Positions 9,126 to 18,520 are shown, counted from the stretch's first letter. The stretch: 64,000 nucleotides of DNA from Terriglobales bacterium (GCA_049512435.1 JBEKXC010000001.1:1149-65148), one strand, 5' to 3'. Numbers and translations: made by a program. Notes: generated from the sequence alone by a model not told the origin.

Positions 9126-9323
9126 TGGCCTGACCGGGAGACTGTCGTCACAAATGTTTTCTGAATTCGATACCTGATTTCTTTTTTTGGGAATCGTGAG
9201 CGAGGTGAATGCTAAACAGATTCGGAGCGTCAGTAAAGTGCCGCGCTCGCCAATGGCACTTCGGTGTGACAAAAAATTGCGGCATCGATCTAAGAACCGC
9301 GACCGTCACGGTGTTTCAATCCG

Positions 9324-10235
9324 CTAGATCGCGATCGTAACTTCACCGCGGAGAACTTCCACACAATTTCCACCGACACGCACATTGACCACCTGGTTAT
9401 CCTGCTTGGTGGCGCGGACAAAAATGCTGCTGGGACGTTGCACTTCGAGGCCTTGCTCGATCAAAACGTGTTCGTCGCTGGCCGCCACGCCATGCGCAAC
9501 CATCCAGGCGGAGCAGCATCCGGCGGCGGAACCTGTGGCGGGATCGTCTCCGCCATAAAAGATCATGCGGGCATGGAGGCGGGCTTTGGGATCGACGGTC
9601 TCGCGGCAAACAAAGTAAAAGAATTTTCCGCCGCTCGGTGCGAGATATTCTGAAGCGCGGTTGAAATCGAGGCGAAGGTTTTGCAGCGTCTTCAGGGAAC
9701 GCAGCGCGACGATGGTGTAAGGAAGACCGGTGGAGACGGTTTGGATGGGCGCGGATTCGTCAAGGTCAGCGGCGCTCAGGCCGGTAAGACGAGCGACGGC
9801 TTCGACGTCATGGGTCGCGCCGAACTCGGGGTTCCTTTGCGTCATTTCTCCGAAGACAGGTCGCGCTGCTTCTTCGATGAAGCGCACCGGAACCGTGCCA
9901 GCATTCAGATCGAGGCGGACTTCAGTGGGCCCGGGGGGTGCACCGGTCTGGCCACGCAGAACGAACGCCGTGCCCAGCGTAGGATGTCCGGCGAAAGGCA
10001 GTTCTTCCTGCACGGTGAAAATGCGCACGCGGACTCCACGATTCTTTTCTGCAGCGGCGTCCCCGGGAAGAATGAAGGTAGTTTCGGAGAGATTCATTTC
10101 ACGCGCTAACGCCTGCATTTGTTCGGTGCTAAGGCCGCGGCCGTCGAGGAAAACTGCCAGAGAGTTGCCGGTGAGGGCGCGGTCGGTAAACACGTCGACC
10201 TGCACCATGGAGAACTTTCGCGCCGAAGTAGCCAT
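9324..10235 (-). CDS. PhzF-family isomerase
   Basis: MVQVDVFTDRALTGNSLAVF, NLSETTFI and FAGHPTLG are typical PhzF/YddE motifs. Start is at MATSARKF (10235) or MVQVDVF (10208). The ORF-track GTG at 10346 is probably too far upstream. Confidence 0.8.
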   Translation of the reverse strand: MATSARKFSMVQVDVFTDRALTGNSLAVFLDGRGLSTEQMQALAREMNLSETTFILPGDAAAEKNRGVRVRIFTVQEELPFAGHPTLGTAFVLRGQTGAPPGPTEVRLDLNAGTVPVRFIEEAARPVFGEMTQRNPEFGATHDVEAVARLTGLSAADLDESAPIQTVSTGLPYTIVALRSLKTLQNLRLDFNRASEYLAPSGGKFFYFVCRETVDPKARLHARMIFYGGDDPATGSAAGCCSAWMVAHGVAASDEHVLIEQGLEVQRPSSIFVRATKQDNQVVNVRVGGNCVEVLRGEVTIAI

Positions 10236-10450
10236 GCCTGAAATTCTACCGGACCTCATCCTGATCTTGCGGAGGAGATTTCGCGAGCCCAGGCACAACC
10301 GCCGCCCGATGCGATAACATAATCCCTGCCGCAACCGGCTTGGCACGGTTGACGGGTTGGCCGCCGCTGGATATTCTATACTCTACTAATGTTATAGGGT
10401 TTAAACGCGCTGGTCGTCCGTCAAACTAAGAACTACCCAAGGAAACGAAT

Positions 10451-11110
10451 ATGTCTTTACGCATCAATTCCGAAGCTCCCAACTTCACCGCCGAAACCAC
10501 GCAAGGCACCATCAACTTTCACGAATGGATCGGCAACGGCTGGGCGATTCTGTTTTCGCACCCCAAGGATTTCACTCCGGTGTGCACCACCGAACTGGGC
10601 TACATGGCAGGCCTGCAACCGGAGTTTGCCAAGCGCAACACGAAGATTATCGGGCTGAGCGTGGATCCGGTGACCAGTCACGGCAAGTGGGCCGCCGATA
10701 TTGAAGAGACGCAGGGTCACAAAGTGACCTATCCGATGATCGGCGATCCGGAACTGAAAGTGGCGAAGCTTTATGACATGCTACCCGCCGAGGCTGGCAC
10801 CACCAGCGAGGGCCGTACTGCCGCCGACAATGCCACGGTGCGCACGGTGTTCGTGATTGGTCCGGACAAGAAGATCAAGCTGATGCTGATCTACCCTATG
10901 AGCAGCGGACGCAATTTCGACGAGGTATTGCGAGCGTTGGATTCGATTCAGCTTTCTGCAAAGCACAACGTGGCTACGCCGGTGAACTGGAAGCCGGGGC
11001 AGGACGTGATCATTCCCACCTCGGTCTCGGAAGACCAGGCCAAGCAGAAATATCCCGGCGGCTGGAAGACCTTGAAGCCCTATCTGCGAGTGGTGGCGCA
11101 GCCGAAGTAG
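10451..11110 (+). CDS. 1-Cys peroxiredoxin (Prx6-type)
   Basis: 219 aa. APNFTAETTQGTINFHEWIGNGWAILFSHPKDFTPVCTTELG contains the PVCTTE peroxidatic Cys motif. Length and C-terminus are typical of the 1-Cys Prx family. Confidence 0.9.
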   Translation: MSLRINSEAPNFTAETTQGTINFHEWIGNGWAILFSHPKDFTPVCTTELGYMAGLQPEFAKRNTKIIGLSVDPVTSHGKWAADIEETQGHKVTYPMIGDPELKVAKLYDMLPAEAGTTSEGRTAADNATVRTVFVIGPDKKIKLMLIYPMSSGRNFDEVLRALDSIQLSAKHNVATPVNWKPGQDVIIPTSVSEDQAKQKYPGGWKTLKPYLRVVAQPK

Positions 11111-11313
11111 TTGGTGTTACGTTCCGAACGAACTTCTGCACGAACCTGCTCGCGAACCTCGTTTACGAACCAGGGAAGCGCATACGGTCCGGTGATCGTC
11201 CCGGTCTTCAAAACCGGCGGGCGGCATCTTCGATGTTGCCGGTGTGTTCGACTCACACACGCTTCCGCCAGTTTTCAACAACTTGCAGAGCAGGAAATCA
11301 CTCGGAAATCAGT

Positions 11314-11545
11314 TCACTCGCGCACGTGCCAGGTGAACAACCTTCGAGTGACGTTGCTCGTCTCATCCGGCACCATGTCGCCGTAGGGGTTCATGGTGGT
11401 GCGGATGTCCGCGTGCCATATCAGCTTTTGCTGGATGGCAATTTGACGTTCCCACCGCATCGAGCCACGATCGGCAGGAAAAGCGTGTCCTCTCGCCGGT
11501 AAATATCACGATTTCATCACTCTTGACCGAAGGATAATTCAACTG
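11314..11545 (-). pseudogene. tyrosine recombinase/integrase, C-terminal remnant with frameshift
   Basis: Minus strand 11460-11314 reads MRWERQIAIQQKLIWHADIRTTMNPYGDMVPDETSNVTRRL.. followed by a stop. The adjacent frame just upstream reads ..DEIVIFTGERTRFSCRSWLDAVGTS. Removing one extra A in the run at about 11440-11446 joins them to ..RSWLDAVGTS-IAIQQKL.HADIRTTMN.YGD, the box II / catalytic-Tyr region of phage-type integrases. The 5' three-quarters of the gene is missing. The upper boundary is approximate. Confidence 0.6.
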
Positions 11546-11640
11546 GATTTCGTTTATAGAAACAGGTGGTCAAAGCCCATCTTCTGATCAGTGCCCCACG
11601 AGATCTGCAGACATGCGTACAGAGCTCTTCAGGAGGAATC

Positions 11641-12321
11641 ATGGAATCGTATAACGTGAGCCAACTTTCCACCATCATCGCTGCGGTCGGCGCCCTCGGT
11701 ACTGCTGCTTTCGGGCTCGTTGACGCTTTCAAGGCGCTGCCCGGCGGCGGCATCTCCAGCGCTGGTTTCACGTTCATAAGGCAGACGATCTTGAAGCTCG
11801 CGCCGGAGGTGGCCTCACTCGATGGGACCGGCTTGAGCCGCGATTCCATCCTCAACACGCTTCAGTCTCAATGGATCAACGGTACGGCGACCACGGATCA
11901 AATCAATATAGCTAAGTCGCTTATCAAGCTCCGCCTCACTCCCGAAACCGCCGCCGCGCTCGCCAGCGCGACTGGCGTAGATGCTGCCATTCTCTCCGAG
12001 ATTGCCGCCAGCATTCGATCAGGCACGGCGCTCACGCCGGAGCAAAGCGACGTCTACGGACGCTTCGATCTCCTCCTTACCACTTTGCTCGACCAGGCCT
12101 ATCAGCGTGCCGACCAGCGCTATCGCAATTGGGCCAAATTCGCGGCTGTACCTATTGCTGTTGTTCTCGCTCTGATAGCGGCGCGGGTCGCTCCGGACCA
12201 GATAAAACCTATGCAGGCCGTCCTGCTCGGATTGATCGCAACCCCGATCGCTCCGGTTGCCAAAGACATCTCTTCCGCTATCGCCACGGCGGCGCAGGCC
12301 GTCCAGTCCTGGGGAAGTTAG
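11641..12321 (+). CDS. hypothetical 3-TM membrane protein
   Basis: Start at ATG 11641, preceded by the SD CAGGAGGAATC. 226 aa. One N-terminal TM helix (STIIAAVGALGTAAFGLVDAF), a helical Ala/Leu-rich middle, and a C-terminal 2-TM hairpin (FAAVPIAVVLALIAARV / AVLLGLIATPIAPVA). High GC3. No family recognised. Confidence 0.65.
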   Translation: MESYNVSQLSTIIAAVGALGTAAFGLVDAFKALPGGGISSAGFTFIRQTILKLAPEVASLDGTGLSRDSILNTLQSQWINGTATTDQINIAKSLIKLRLTPETAAALASATGVDAAILSEIAASIRSGTALTPEQSDVYGRFDLLLTTLLDQAYQRADQRYRNWAKFAAVPIAVVLALIAARVAPDQIKPMQAVLLGLIATPIAPVAKDISSAIATAAQAVQSWGS

Positions 12322-12328
12322 GGAAATT

Positions 12329-13228
12329 ATGCCGCGTTGGTTTCTCAGCACTCGCGCCCAATCCGTCGGAGGTCCTGTCAGCCCCGTCAAGATCCTCGAC
12401 GCCGATCGTCCCGGCTACTCCGGTGACCTGATGCCGGATTTGCTCGCGGCCATCCGCGGCCGCGAGGTTTTCTTCGGCACTCACGGCTTCGAAGTCAATC
12501 AGGCCGACGGCATTTCGCACCTCACTTACTGGTTCGGTAACTTGCAAATCGGGAACGCCGTTCCAGTCGGAATACTCTGGCCAGGCGATTGTGTCCTTCC
12601 TATCTTCGTGGATTACGTTGTCGAAGGTCGTGAGGCGATCGAGGCCGGCCGACTGCTTGCCACTTTTCTTAACACCAATTTCACCAGCGCTGTTGGACTG
12701 TGTTTTGCCTCTCACTCTCTGGGCGCGCGTGTTGTACTCCAGACCATCGACGGGCTGTCGGCGAGCTTTCGTGTCCGCCGCGTTCTAATCATGGCCGGGG
12801 CCATCGACAATAATTGCCTTACGGGCGAGTACAGCAATGCCTGCAATAAGATTGACGAGATCTCGCTCCTAGCCTCGACTCGAGACGATGTCCTTGCCCT
12901 CGCCTTTCCGTTGGGCAATCCCCTTCAAGGAATCATCGATCGAGGCCACCCCTACTGCCGCGAGGCCCTGGGACGCGAAGGCCCAGGCCAGCCATATCCG
13001 CCCGAGCCCAAGCTCCATCCCAACTGGCAGATACCGGCGAACCTCAACTACGGCCATCATGACTACCTTCCTGGCCAGCAGCTAATGGCCGAATTCCAGT
13101 TGCCGGTTGACATCCCGCCCGACAGCGGGCCTGCTCCACCGAGCGGAACGCCCCCACAAATTGCGAACGACGCGAGTCAGTGGAAACCGGCGTGGTCCGC
13201 AGGATTTGCTGGCACTCGTTACAGATAG
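12329..13228 (+). CDS. alpha/beta hydrolase (DUF900-like esterase/lipase fold)
   Basis: ATG at 12329, 7 nt after the upstream stop. 299 aa. Nucleophile elbow CFASHSLGARV (GxSxG type), with a later Asp/His in IMAGAIDNN and NYGHHDY. No signal peptide. Confidence 0.7.
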   Translation: MPRWFLSTRAQSVGGPVSPVKILDADRPGYSGDLMPDLLAAIRGREVFFGTHGFEVNQADGISHLTYWFGNLQIGNAVPVGILWPGDCVLPIFVDYVVEGREAIEAGRLLATFLNTNFTSAVGLCFASHSLGARVVLQTIDGLSASFRVRRVLIMAGAIDNNCLTGEYSNACNKIDEISLLASTRDDVLALAFPLGNPLQGIIDRGHPYCREALGREGPGQPYPPEPKLHPNWQIPANLNYGHHDYLPGQQLMAEFQLPVDIPPDSGPAPPSGTPPQIANDASQWKPAWSAGFAGTRYR

Positions 13229-13273
13229 AGCGCGCAAGGCTCGCGCCATGTTGGAAGGAAGGAGTGACAAATC

Positions 13274-15556
13274 ATGCGTATTTCGGCTGCATTCAGACAT
13301 GCCCTGTTGGCCTTTGCCGGCCTCCTATTTTTCGCCCTGCCTGCCGTGGCGGCAATCAACGCCTACAACCTAGGTGCGAGCTACGACTCGACTCAGAGCA
13401 ATGTCGTGTTCCGCGTCTATTCCTCGCGCGCCACGCGAATCGAGGTCGACCTCTACGCATCCCCTATGGGTTCACCCGAGGTGCTGCGCGTTCCGCTCAC
13501 TGCCAACACCAGCACCAATATCTTTTCCGCTTCGATAGCGGTTGCAACGCTGCAGGCAGCCGGCATCACTGGGCCGCCGGTGTATTACGGTTATCGTGCG
13601 TGGGGCCCGAACTGGCCTTTTTCGAGCACTTGGACGAAGGGTTCCAGCGCCGGCTTTATCTTGGACGTGGACGCGCAGGGCAACCGCTTCAACCCCAACA
13701 AGCTACTGATTGACCCCTATGCGCGCGAGATCAGCCATGACCCAATCAACGCCACCTGGACCGACGGCACCGTGTATGCCTCTGGTGCCAGTTACCGCAA
13801 CACCGACAGCGGCAACATGGCGCCGAAGAGCATCTTATGGGTGCCAGTTAGCCAGAGCATAGGCGCCAAGCCCACACGCGCGCAGAAAGACGACGTTATC
13901 TATGAAGTGAATGTGCGTGGCCTGACTAAGAACGACAGCAGCATCCCCACTGCCGTGAGAGGCACTTACGCTGGTGCCGCGCTCAAGGCGTCATACCTGG
14001 CGAGCCTCGGAGTAACTGCGGTGGAATTTCTGCCCGTGCAGGAAACGCAGAACGACGCCAACGACAACACGCCGAATTCGACGGCTGGGCAGAACTACTG
14101 GGGCTACAGCACGTTGAACTATTTCGCACCGGATCGCCGCTACGCGTCAAACAAGGCTGCGGGTGGCCCGACCAGCGAGTTCCAGGCTATGGTGAAGGCC
14201 TTTCACGATCAGGGCATCAAGGTTTACATCGATGTCGTGTACAACCATACGTACGAAGGCGGCCCGTGGAACCCGAACGATCCAACCACATATACCATCG
14301 TCTCCTGGCGTGGGTTCGACAACCCGACTTACTACGAACTTACTACGGACATGCAATCTTCTTATGACAACACGGGCGTGGGTGGCAATTACAACACTTA
14401 TAACCCAGTCGCACAAACCCTCATCGTCGATTCGCTCGCCTATTGGCGCGACACTATGGGAGTAGACGGTTTCCGTTTCGACCTCGCCTCGGTGCTGGGC
14501 AACACCTGCACTGTCGGCTGCTTCACCTTCAGCAGTACCGATCCCAACACGGCGATCAACCGTATCCTGCGGGAGCTGCCGCCACGTCCGGCCACCGGCG
14601 GCAGTGGCGTTGACCTTTACGCCGAGCCCTGGGCGATCGGTGGCAACTCCTTCCAGTTGGGCGGCTTTCCGGCAGGCTGGTCGGAATGGAACGGCAGTTA
14701 TCGCGACACGCTGCGGCAGGCGCAAAACAATCTCGGCGTCGCCACCATCACCACTGGCCAGTTGGCGACGCGCTTCGCCGGTTCGTCCGACCTGTTCGGC
14801 AGCCGCAGTCCGTGGAACTCAACCAATTTCATGGTCGTGCACGATGGCTTCACGCTCGATGACCTGTACAGCTGCAACGGCCCCAACAATAATCAGCCAT
14901 GGCCCTACGGTCCCTCGGACGGCGGCAGTTCGACGAACTACAGTTGGGACCAGGGCGGTGCCGCTGCCGACGAGCGCGCCGCCGCGCGCGTAGGCTTTGC
15001 CCTCATGATGCTGAGTGCAGGCACACCGTTAATGACGGGCGGGGACGAATATCTGCGCAGTCTCCACTGCAATAACAATGCCTACGACGTCGACTCGGTA
15101 GCCAACTGGCTCAGCTACAGTTGGACCAGCGACCAAAACAACTTCGACGCCTTTGTCCAGGGCATGATCGCCTTCCGCAAGGCCCATGCCGCGCTGCGCC
15201 CGCTCAACTTCTATTCGAGCACGCAGTTGGTTTGGTGGACGCCTGCCGGTACGACGCCGGATGCGACCTACTTCAACAGCGGCAGCAACCACGCCATCGC
15301 TTATCAGTTCAACGGCAGCGCGCTAGGCGACAGCTATTCGTCCATCTATGTCGCCTACAACGGTTGGAGCGGCAACGTGAATTTCACTCTGCCGTCGCCG
15401 GGCAATGGCACGAACTGGTACCGCGTCACGGATACCTGCGGCTGGGCCGAAGGCCCGAAGCAGGTACGCGCTCCCGGAGCAGAAGATTCTATCGGCGGGC
15501 AAGGCTATGTGTATGGCTTATGCGGTCGTGGGCTGGTGTTGTTGATCGCAAAGTAA
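13274..15556 (+). CDS. iam: secreted isoamylase (GH13 debranching enzyme)
   Basis: 760 aa. SD GGAAGGAGTG. Signal peptide LLAFAGLLFFALPAVAA|INAYNLGASYD. It aligns along its whole length with my recollection of Pseudomonas amyloderamosa isoamylase (AINSMSLGASYD.., YGYRAWGPNWP, KPTRAQKDDVIYEV, LGVTAVEFLPVQETQNDAND, NYWGY, GVDGFRFDLASVLGN, AEPWAIGGNS, VHDG, YGPSDGG.STNYSWDQG, WYRVTDTC). The catalytic Asp/Glu/Asp blocks are intact. Confidence 0.9.
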   Translation: MRISAAFRHALLAFAGLLFFALPAVAAINAYNLGASYDSTQSNVVFRVYSSRATRIEVDLYASPMGSPEVLRVPLTANTSTNIFSASIAVATLQAAGITGPPVYYGYRAWGPNWPFSSTWTKGSSAGFILDVDAQGNRFNPNKLLIDPYAREISHDPINATWTDGTVYASGASYRNTDSGNMAPKSILWVPVSQSIGAKPTRAQKDDVIYEVNVRGLTKNDSSIPTAVRGTYAGAALKASYLASLGVTAVEFLPVQETQNDANDNTPNSTAGQNYWGYSTLNYFAPDRRYASNKAAGGPTSEFQAMVKAFHDQGIKVYIDVVYNHTYEGGPWNPNDPTTYTIVSWRGFDNPTYYELTTDMQSSYDNTGVGGNYNTYNPVAQTLIVDSLAYWRDTMGVDGFRFDLASVLGNTCTVGCFTFSSTDPNTAINRILRELPPRPATGGSGVDLYAEPWAIGGNSFQLGGFPAGWSEWNGSYRDTLRQAQNNLGVATITTGQLATRFAGSSDLFGSRSPWNSTNFMVVHDGFTLDDLYSCNGPNNNQPWPYGPSDGGSSTNYSWDQGGAAADERAAARVGFALMMLSAGTPLMTGGDEYLRSLHCNNNAYDVDSVANWLSYSWTSDQNNFDAFVQGMIAFRKAHAALRPLNFYSSTQLVWWTPAGTTPDATYFNSGSNHAIAYQFNGSALGDSYSSIYVAYNGWSGNVNFTLPSPGNGTNWYRVTDTCGWAEGPKQVRAPGAEDSIGGQGYVYGLCGRGLVLLIAK

Positions 15557-16029
15557 AGTAAGGAGACTACGAAATCGTGCGGGGTGACTGCGGTTGGACG
15601 AAGTTGCGGCCGTTCTCTTTCTGGGTTCCTGCCTCGCCTCACTGTGTTCTGGAGTTCAGTTGTCCTCGCCTGACTTTCTCGGGGCGACAAGAAGAAAATA
15701 CCGATCCATGGCTGTGTGCATCTCTCCCGTCTTGCCGAAGGTACCAAGCATTTCCACACCTGCAAGGTTGATCTAAGTCGAGATCCTTCGATCGATTTCC
15801 GCATCGCGATTGTTCGCCAATAACCCGGAAAGGTTGCAGGGCAGGAGCTGCGTCCATCTACGGCACTTGTAATGTGGAGCAATTCCAGCCGAAGAGCGCT
15901 CCTGAAACGTTTCTGAGTCTGACCACACTATCTACACGATGGCAGCTGTTCCGTTGAGAAGCGGTGCGTAGCAATTCCACCACGATTAGCGGTTCATCCG
16001 TCCGAATTCGATCTAGAGGAGAACTCAAA

Positions 16030-18102
16030 ATGACCGCGAAAAAGCAAACAGTCACCCAGCCGGCTCCTGATAAAGTTCCGCTCACCGCGTCACAGGCAAC
16101 CATGCTGGCAGCTCTCACTGGAATTGATGCGTCAAAATTCAAGGGTCTTTCCGTAGCGGAGATATCCTCGGAATTCCGCTGGCAGATTGACCCCAATTTT
16201 TTCCTGTTCGTTCGCGTGTGCGGCCAGGTCGTCCAACCGAATCCGGCCACAGGCGCTCAGGATCCCGTCCCTTACGCCACCGTATATGCCGAAGAAACAA
16301 CCTGCAATCTGCTCGGACGGTTCCCTGTGGGTCTTCCTTGGGGCTGGTTCTTTCCCTTCGGATGTGAGACCGAAGTCGTTGCCCAGACCACAACGGATGG
16401 CTGCGGCAACTTTTGTTTCTGGGTGCCGCGCTTCGAAATTGAGTGGATTCTCCGCTTCCGCCTCGAGCGTATCTGCTACCTCCAGCTCTTCACCAAGCCA
16501 ACCGTCGGCAGCATCCTTTCTTATCTCCAGGGCAATCCAGTCACCTCTGGCACCGCCTCTACGGCTACTCTGAAGCCCGGGACCGCGCTCTACACCAAGG
16601 CGGAGCAGTTGCTCGGCACACAGGTTGCGCGCCAACTGGCCGCACAGGGAGCCAACAGGGCCTTTGGCAGCGCCAATACAGGTCAACAATCGCTTTTGGC
16701 TCGTCCGGCTTTCCCCAAGCCGCTACCTCCCCCATTGCCCAGGGAGCTCAGAAAGTCTTCAAAGCTTAGCTCGGAAAAGCACCGCAGCGCCGTAAAGAGC
16801 ACGCTCGCCAATAACCTCGGCATCGATGTGAATCAGTTCGAGGGACTCGACCTGAACCGATACTGCGGACCTTTTCTGCGCTGCTTCGACATCTTTATTC
16901 CGGAGTGGATACCGATCTTCGAAGTGCCCGATATCTCCTTCCGCGTCACCCAGGAAGTGAACGCAAGCGGCGTCCCGGTGGTCATCTATAGCGGCGGCCT
17001 GTTCGACGTGCCGTGGAACTTGGAGGGGGTTTGCAACGTGACCCTGCTCGCCTCTCCCATCGCCATCTCCACCGCTAACTGCAATGCCCCAGACGTGCCC
17101 TGCGGCAATGTGCCTTCGCTTGAGTATGTCGGGCTGATGCCGTTAGTCAACCCGCCTTTACCGACCGCGCCCTATATCGATCCAGTCGCCGGATATGCAA
17201 CTCGTCCGAACCCGCCGCACCCGGGTGGCACCTTGACCGAGGCCGGCGTTCCACCGTCCACTGCGCCCTACACGAGAACCCTCGAACTCTACGGATGTAC
17301 GCAGGTCGACGGTGCTGTCTACTACCGCCTGCAATTCACTTTTACCGCCCCCGGCTCCACAACTCCGTCGGCCCTGACGCCATTCACCGGTATCACGTGG
17401 CCGCTCAATCGCACGACTGCCCCTTACGAAATGTGGACCTCCGCCGATCCCGACGGCTGGTACCCAACTTCGGTCCTTGCGCCCGCCGAAGACTGGTTTC
17501 CCAACCCCGTGGTCCTCGAGTGGGACACCATAAACTCCGCGTTCAATGCCGACGGTCTCTACACCATTCAGCTCGAAGTGGCCGACGGCAGCAAGAACCT
17601 GCTGGCTACTTCTGCGCCGGTCGGATTCGTCATCGATAACTCAGCCCCTCAGGTCACCACGCTGGAAGCCAGTTGGAGCTTCAACTCGGATATGTCGGGC
17701 GCCCAAACCTTGCCCATCAACGACTGTGTGGTAATCGACCGTGGAGCTGTCCCCCAAAATGTTTACATCCAACTGACTTATTCCGTTACCGCGAGTCACC
17801 TGAGGTCTGTCCAGGTAAGCAGCGGTGGGTGCGCCGGGGGAGCCACGCTTACCTCCGCCTTGTCCACCGTCCAACATTGGTACGAGGATTCCAGCGACAA
17901 TACCGTCTCCAATGTTGCGACTTACACGATCCTGGCCTCTCAGCCACCGGGCGTCTATGGCTTCGATGTATATGCCGACACGCGCGCCTTCAACCCGGCC
18001 GGCGGCGATGCCGGACCATTGGACGATTGGAATTACAGTCCTCCGGATTACTACTATAACTGGACAGATCCGTCCTTCGCGTTTGCGATTGTGAACGCAT
18101 GA
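16030..18102 (+). CDS. large Cys/Trp-rich hypothetical protein
   Basis: Start at ATG 16030 after the SD AGAGGAGAAC. 690 aa. No Sec/Tat signal. More than 15 Cys, many in pairs (DGCGNFCFW, RYCGPFLRCF, ANCNAPDVPCGN). The C-terminal third looks like Ig-like beta domains (GLYTIQLEVADGSKNLLATSAPVGFVIDNSAPQVT). No family recognised. Confidence 0.7.
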   Translation: MTAKKQTVTQPAPDKVPLTASQATMLAALTGIDASKFKGLSVAEISSEFRWQIDPNFFLFVRVCGQVVQPNPATGAQDPVPYATVYAEETTCNLLGRFPVGLPWGWFFPFGCETEVVAQTTTDGCGNFCFWVPRFEIEWILRFRLERICYLQLFTKPTVGSILSYLQGNPVTSGTASTATLKPGTALYTKAEQLLGTQVARQLAAQGANRAFGSANTGQQSLLARPAFPKPLPPPLPRELRKSSKLSSEKHRSAVKSTLANNLGIDVNQFEGLDLNRYCGPFLRCFDIFIPEWIPIFEVPDISFRVTQEVNASGVPVVIYSGGLFDVPWNLEGVCNVTLLASPIAISTANCNAPDVPCGNVPSLEYVGLMPLVNPPLPTAPYIDPVAGYATRPNPPHPGGTLTEAGVPPSTAPYTRTLELYGCTQVDGAVYYRLQFTFTAPGSTTPSALTPFTGITWPLNRTTAPYEMWTSADPDGWYPTSVLAPAEDWFPNPVVLEWDTINSAFNADGLYTIQLEVADGSKNLLATSAPVGFVIDNSAPQVTTLEASWSFNSDMSGAQTLPINDCVVIDRGAVPQNVYIQLTYSVTASHLRSVQVSSGGCAGGATLTSALSTVQHWYEDSSDNTVSNVATYTILASQPPGVYGFDVYADTRAFNPAGGDAGPLDDWNYSPPDYYYNWTDPSFAFAIVNA

Positions 18103-18118
18103 TCTGCCCTGACTCGAA

Positions 18119-18148
18119 GCGGCCCACGGCGATCACGGCGTGGGCCGC
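18119..18148 (+). other. GC-rich 9-bp stem-loop between the 690-aa gene and the DUF1360 gene
   Basis: GCGGCCCAC-ggcgatcacggc-GTGGGCCGC followed only by TT. It is not a canonical terminator and may be an attenuator or mRNA processing/stability element. Confidence 0.4.
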
Positions 18149-18181
18149 TTCACACCTGAACCTCGCATGAGGAGTCCGCCG

Positions 18182-18520
18182 ATGGACCAGGAACGATGGT
18201 TCCGTCTTGTTCTAGCCGTGCTGGCAACCTGGCGCTTGACCCACCTGCTGGCCTCCGAGGACGGGCCGGGAGATTTAATCGCAGCCCTGCGCCAATGGCT
18301 CGGCAACGGCTTCTTCGGCAAACTGATGGACTGCTTCTTCTGCATGAGCCTGTGGATTGCAGCTCCCGTAGCGTGCCTGCTGATGAACAAATGGAGCGAA
18401 TGGCCTCTGCTCTGGCTTGCTCTTTCAGGAGCGGCGTGCCTGCTAGAGAGGCCAGGCGATCACCCACAGGCCCCTCAACAATCTCACCCGGAGAGGCCGG
18501 AGAGGAATGAAATGATATGA
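18182..18520 (+). CDS. DUF1360-family small membrane protein
   Basis: ATG 18182, 7 nt after GAGGAG. MDQERWFRLVLAVLATWRLTHLLASEDGPGDLIAALRQWL...CFFCMSLWIAAPVA matches the DUF1360 signature as I recall it (WR.T.L...ED.P.D..R ... C..C.S.W). Confidence 0.7.
   Translation: MDQERWFRLVLAVLATWRLTHLLASEDGPGDLIAALRQWLGNGFFGKLMDCFFCMSLWIAAPVACLLMNKWSEWPLLWLALSGAACLLERPGDHPQAPQQSHPERPERNEMI

Noticed and set aside
15577-15771. 64-aa Cys/Trp-rich ORF with an AAGGAG about 11 nt upstream of a GTG, just after the isoamylase stop
   Set aside because: Third-position GC is about 56%, well below neighbouring real genes (about 70%). It has no hydrophobic or structural pattern. It is probably non-coding. It could be revisited with ribosome profiling.
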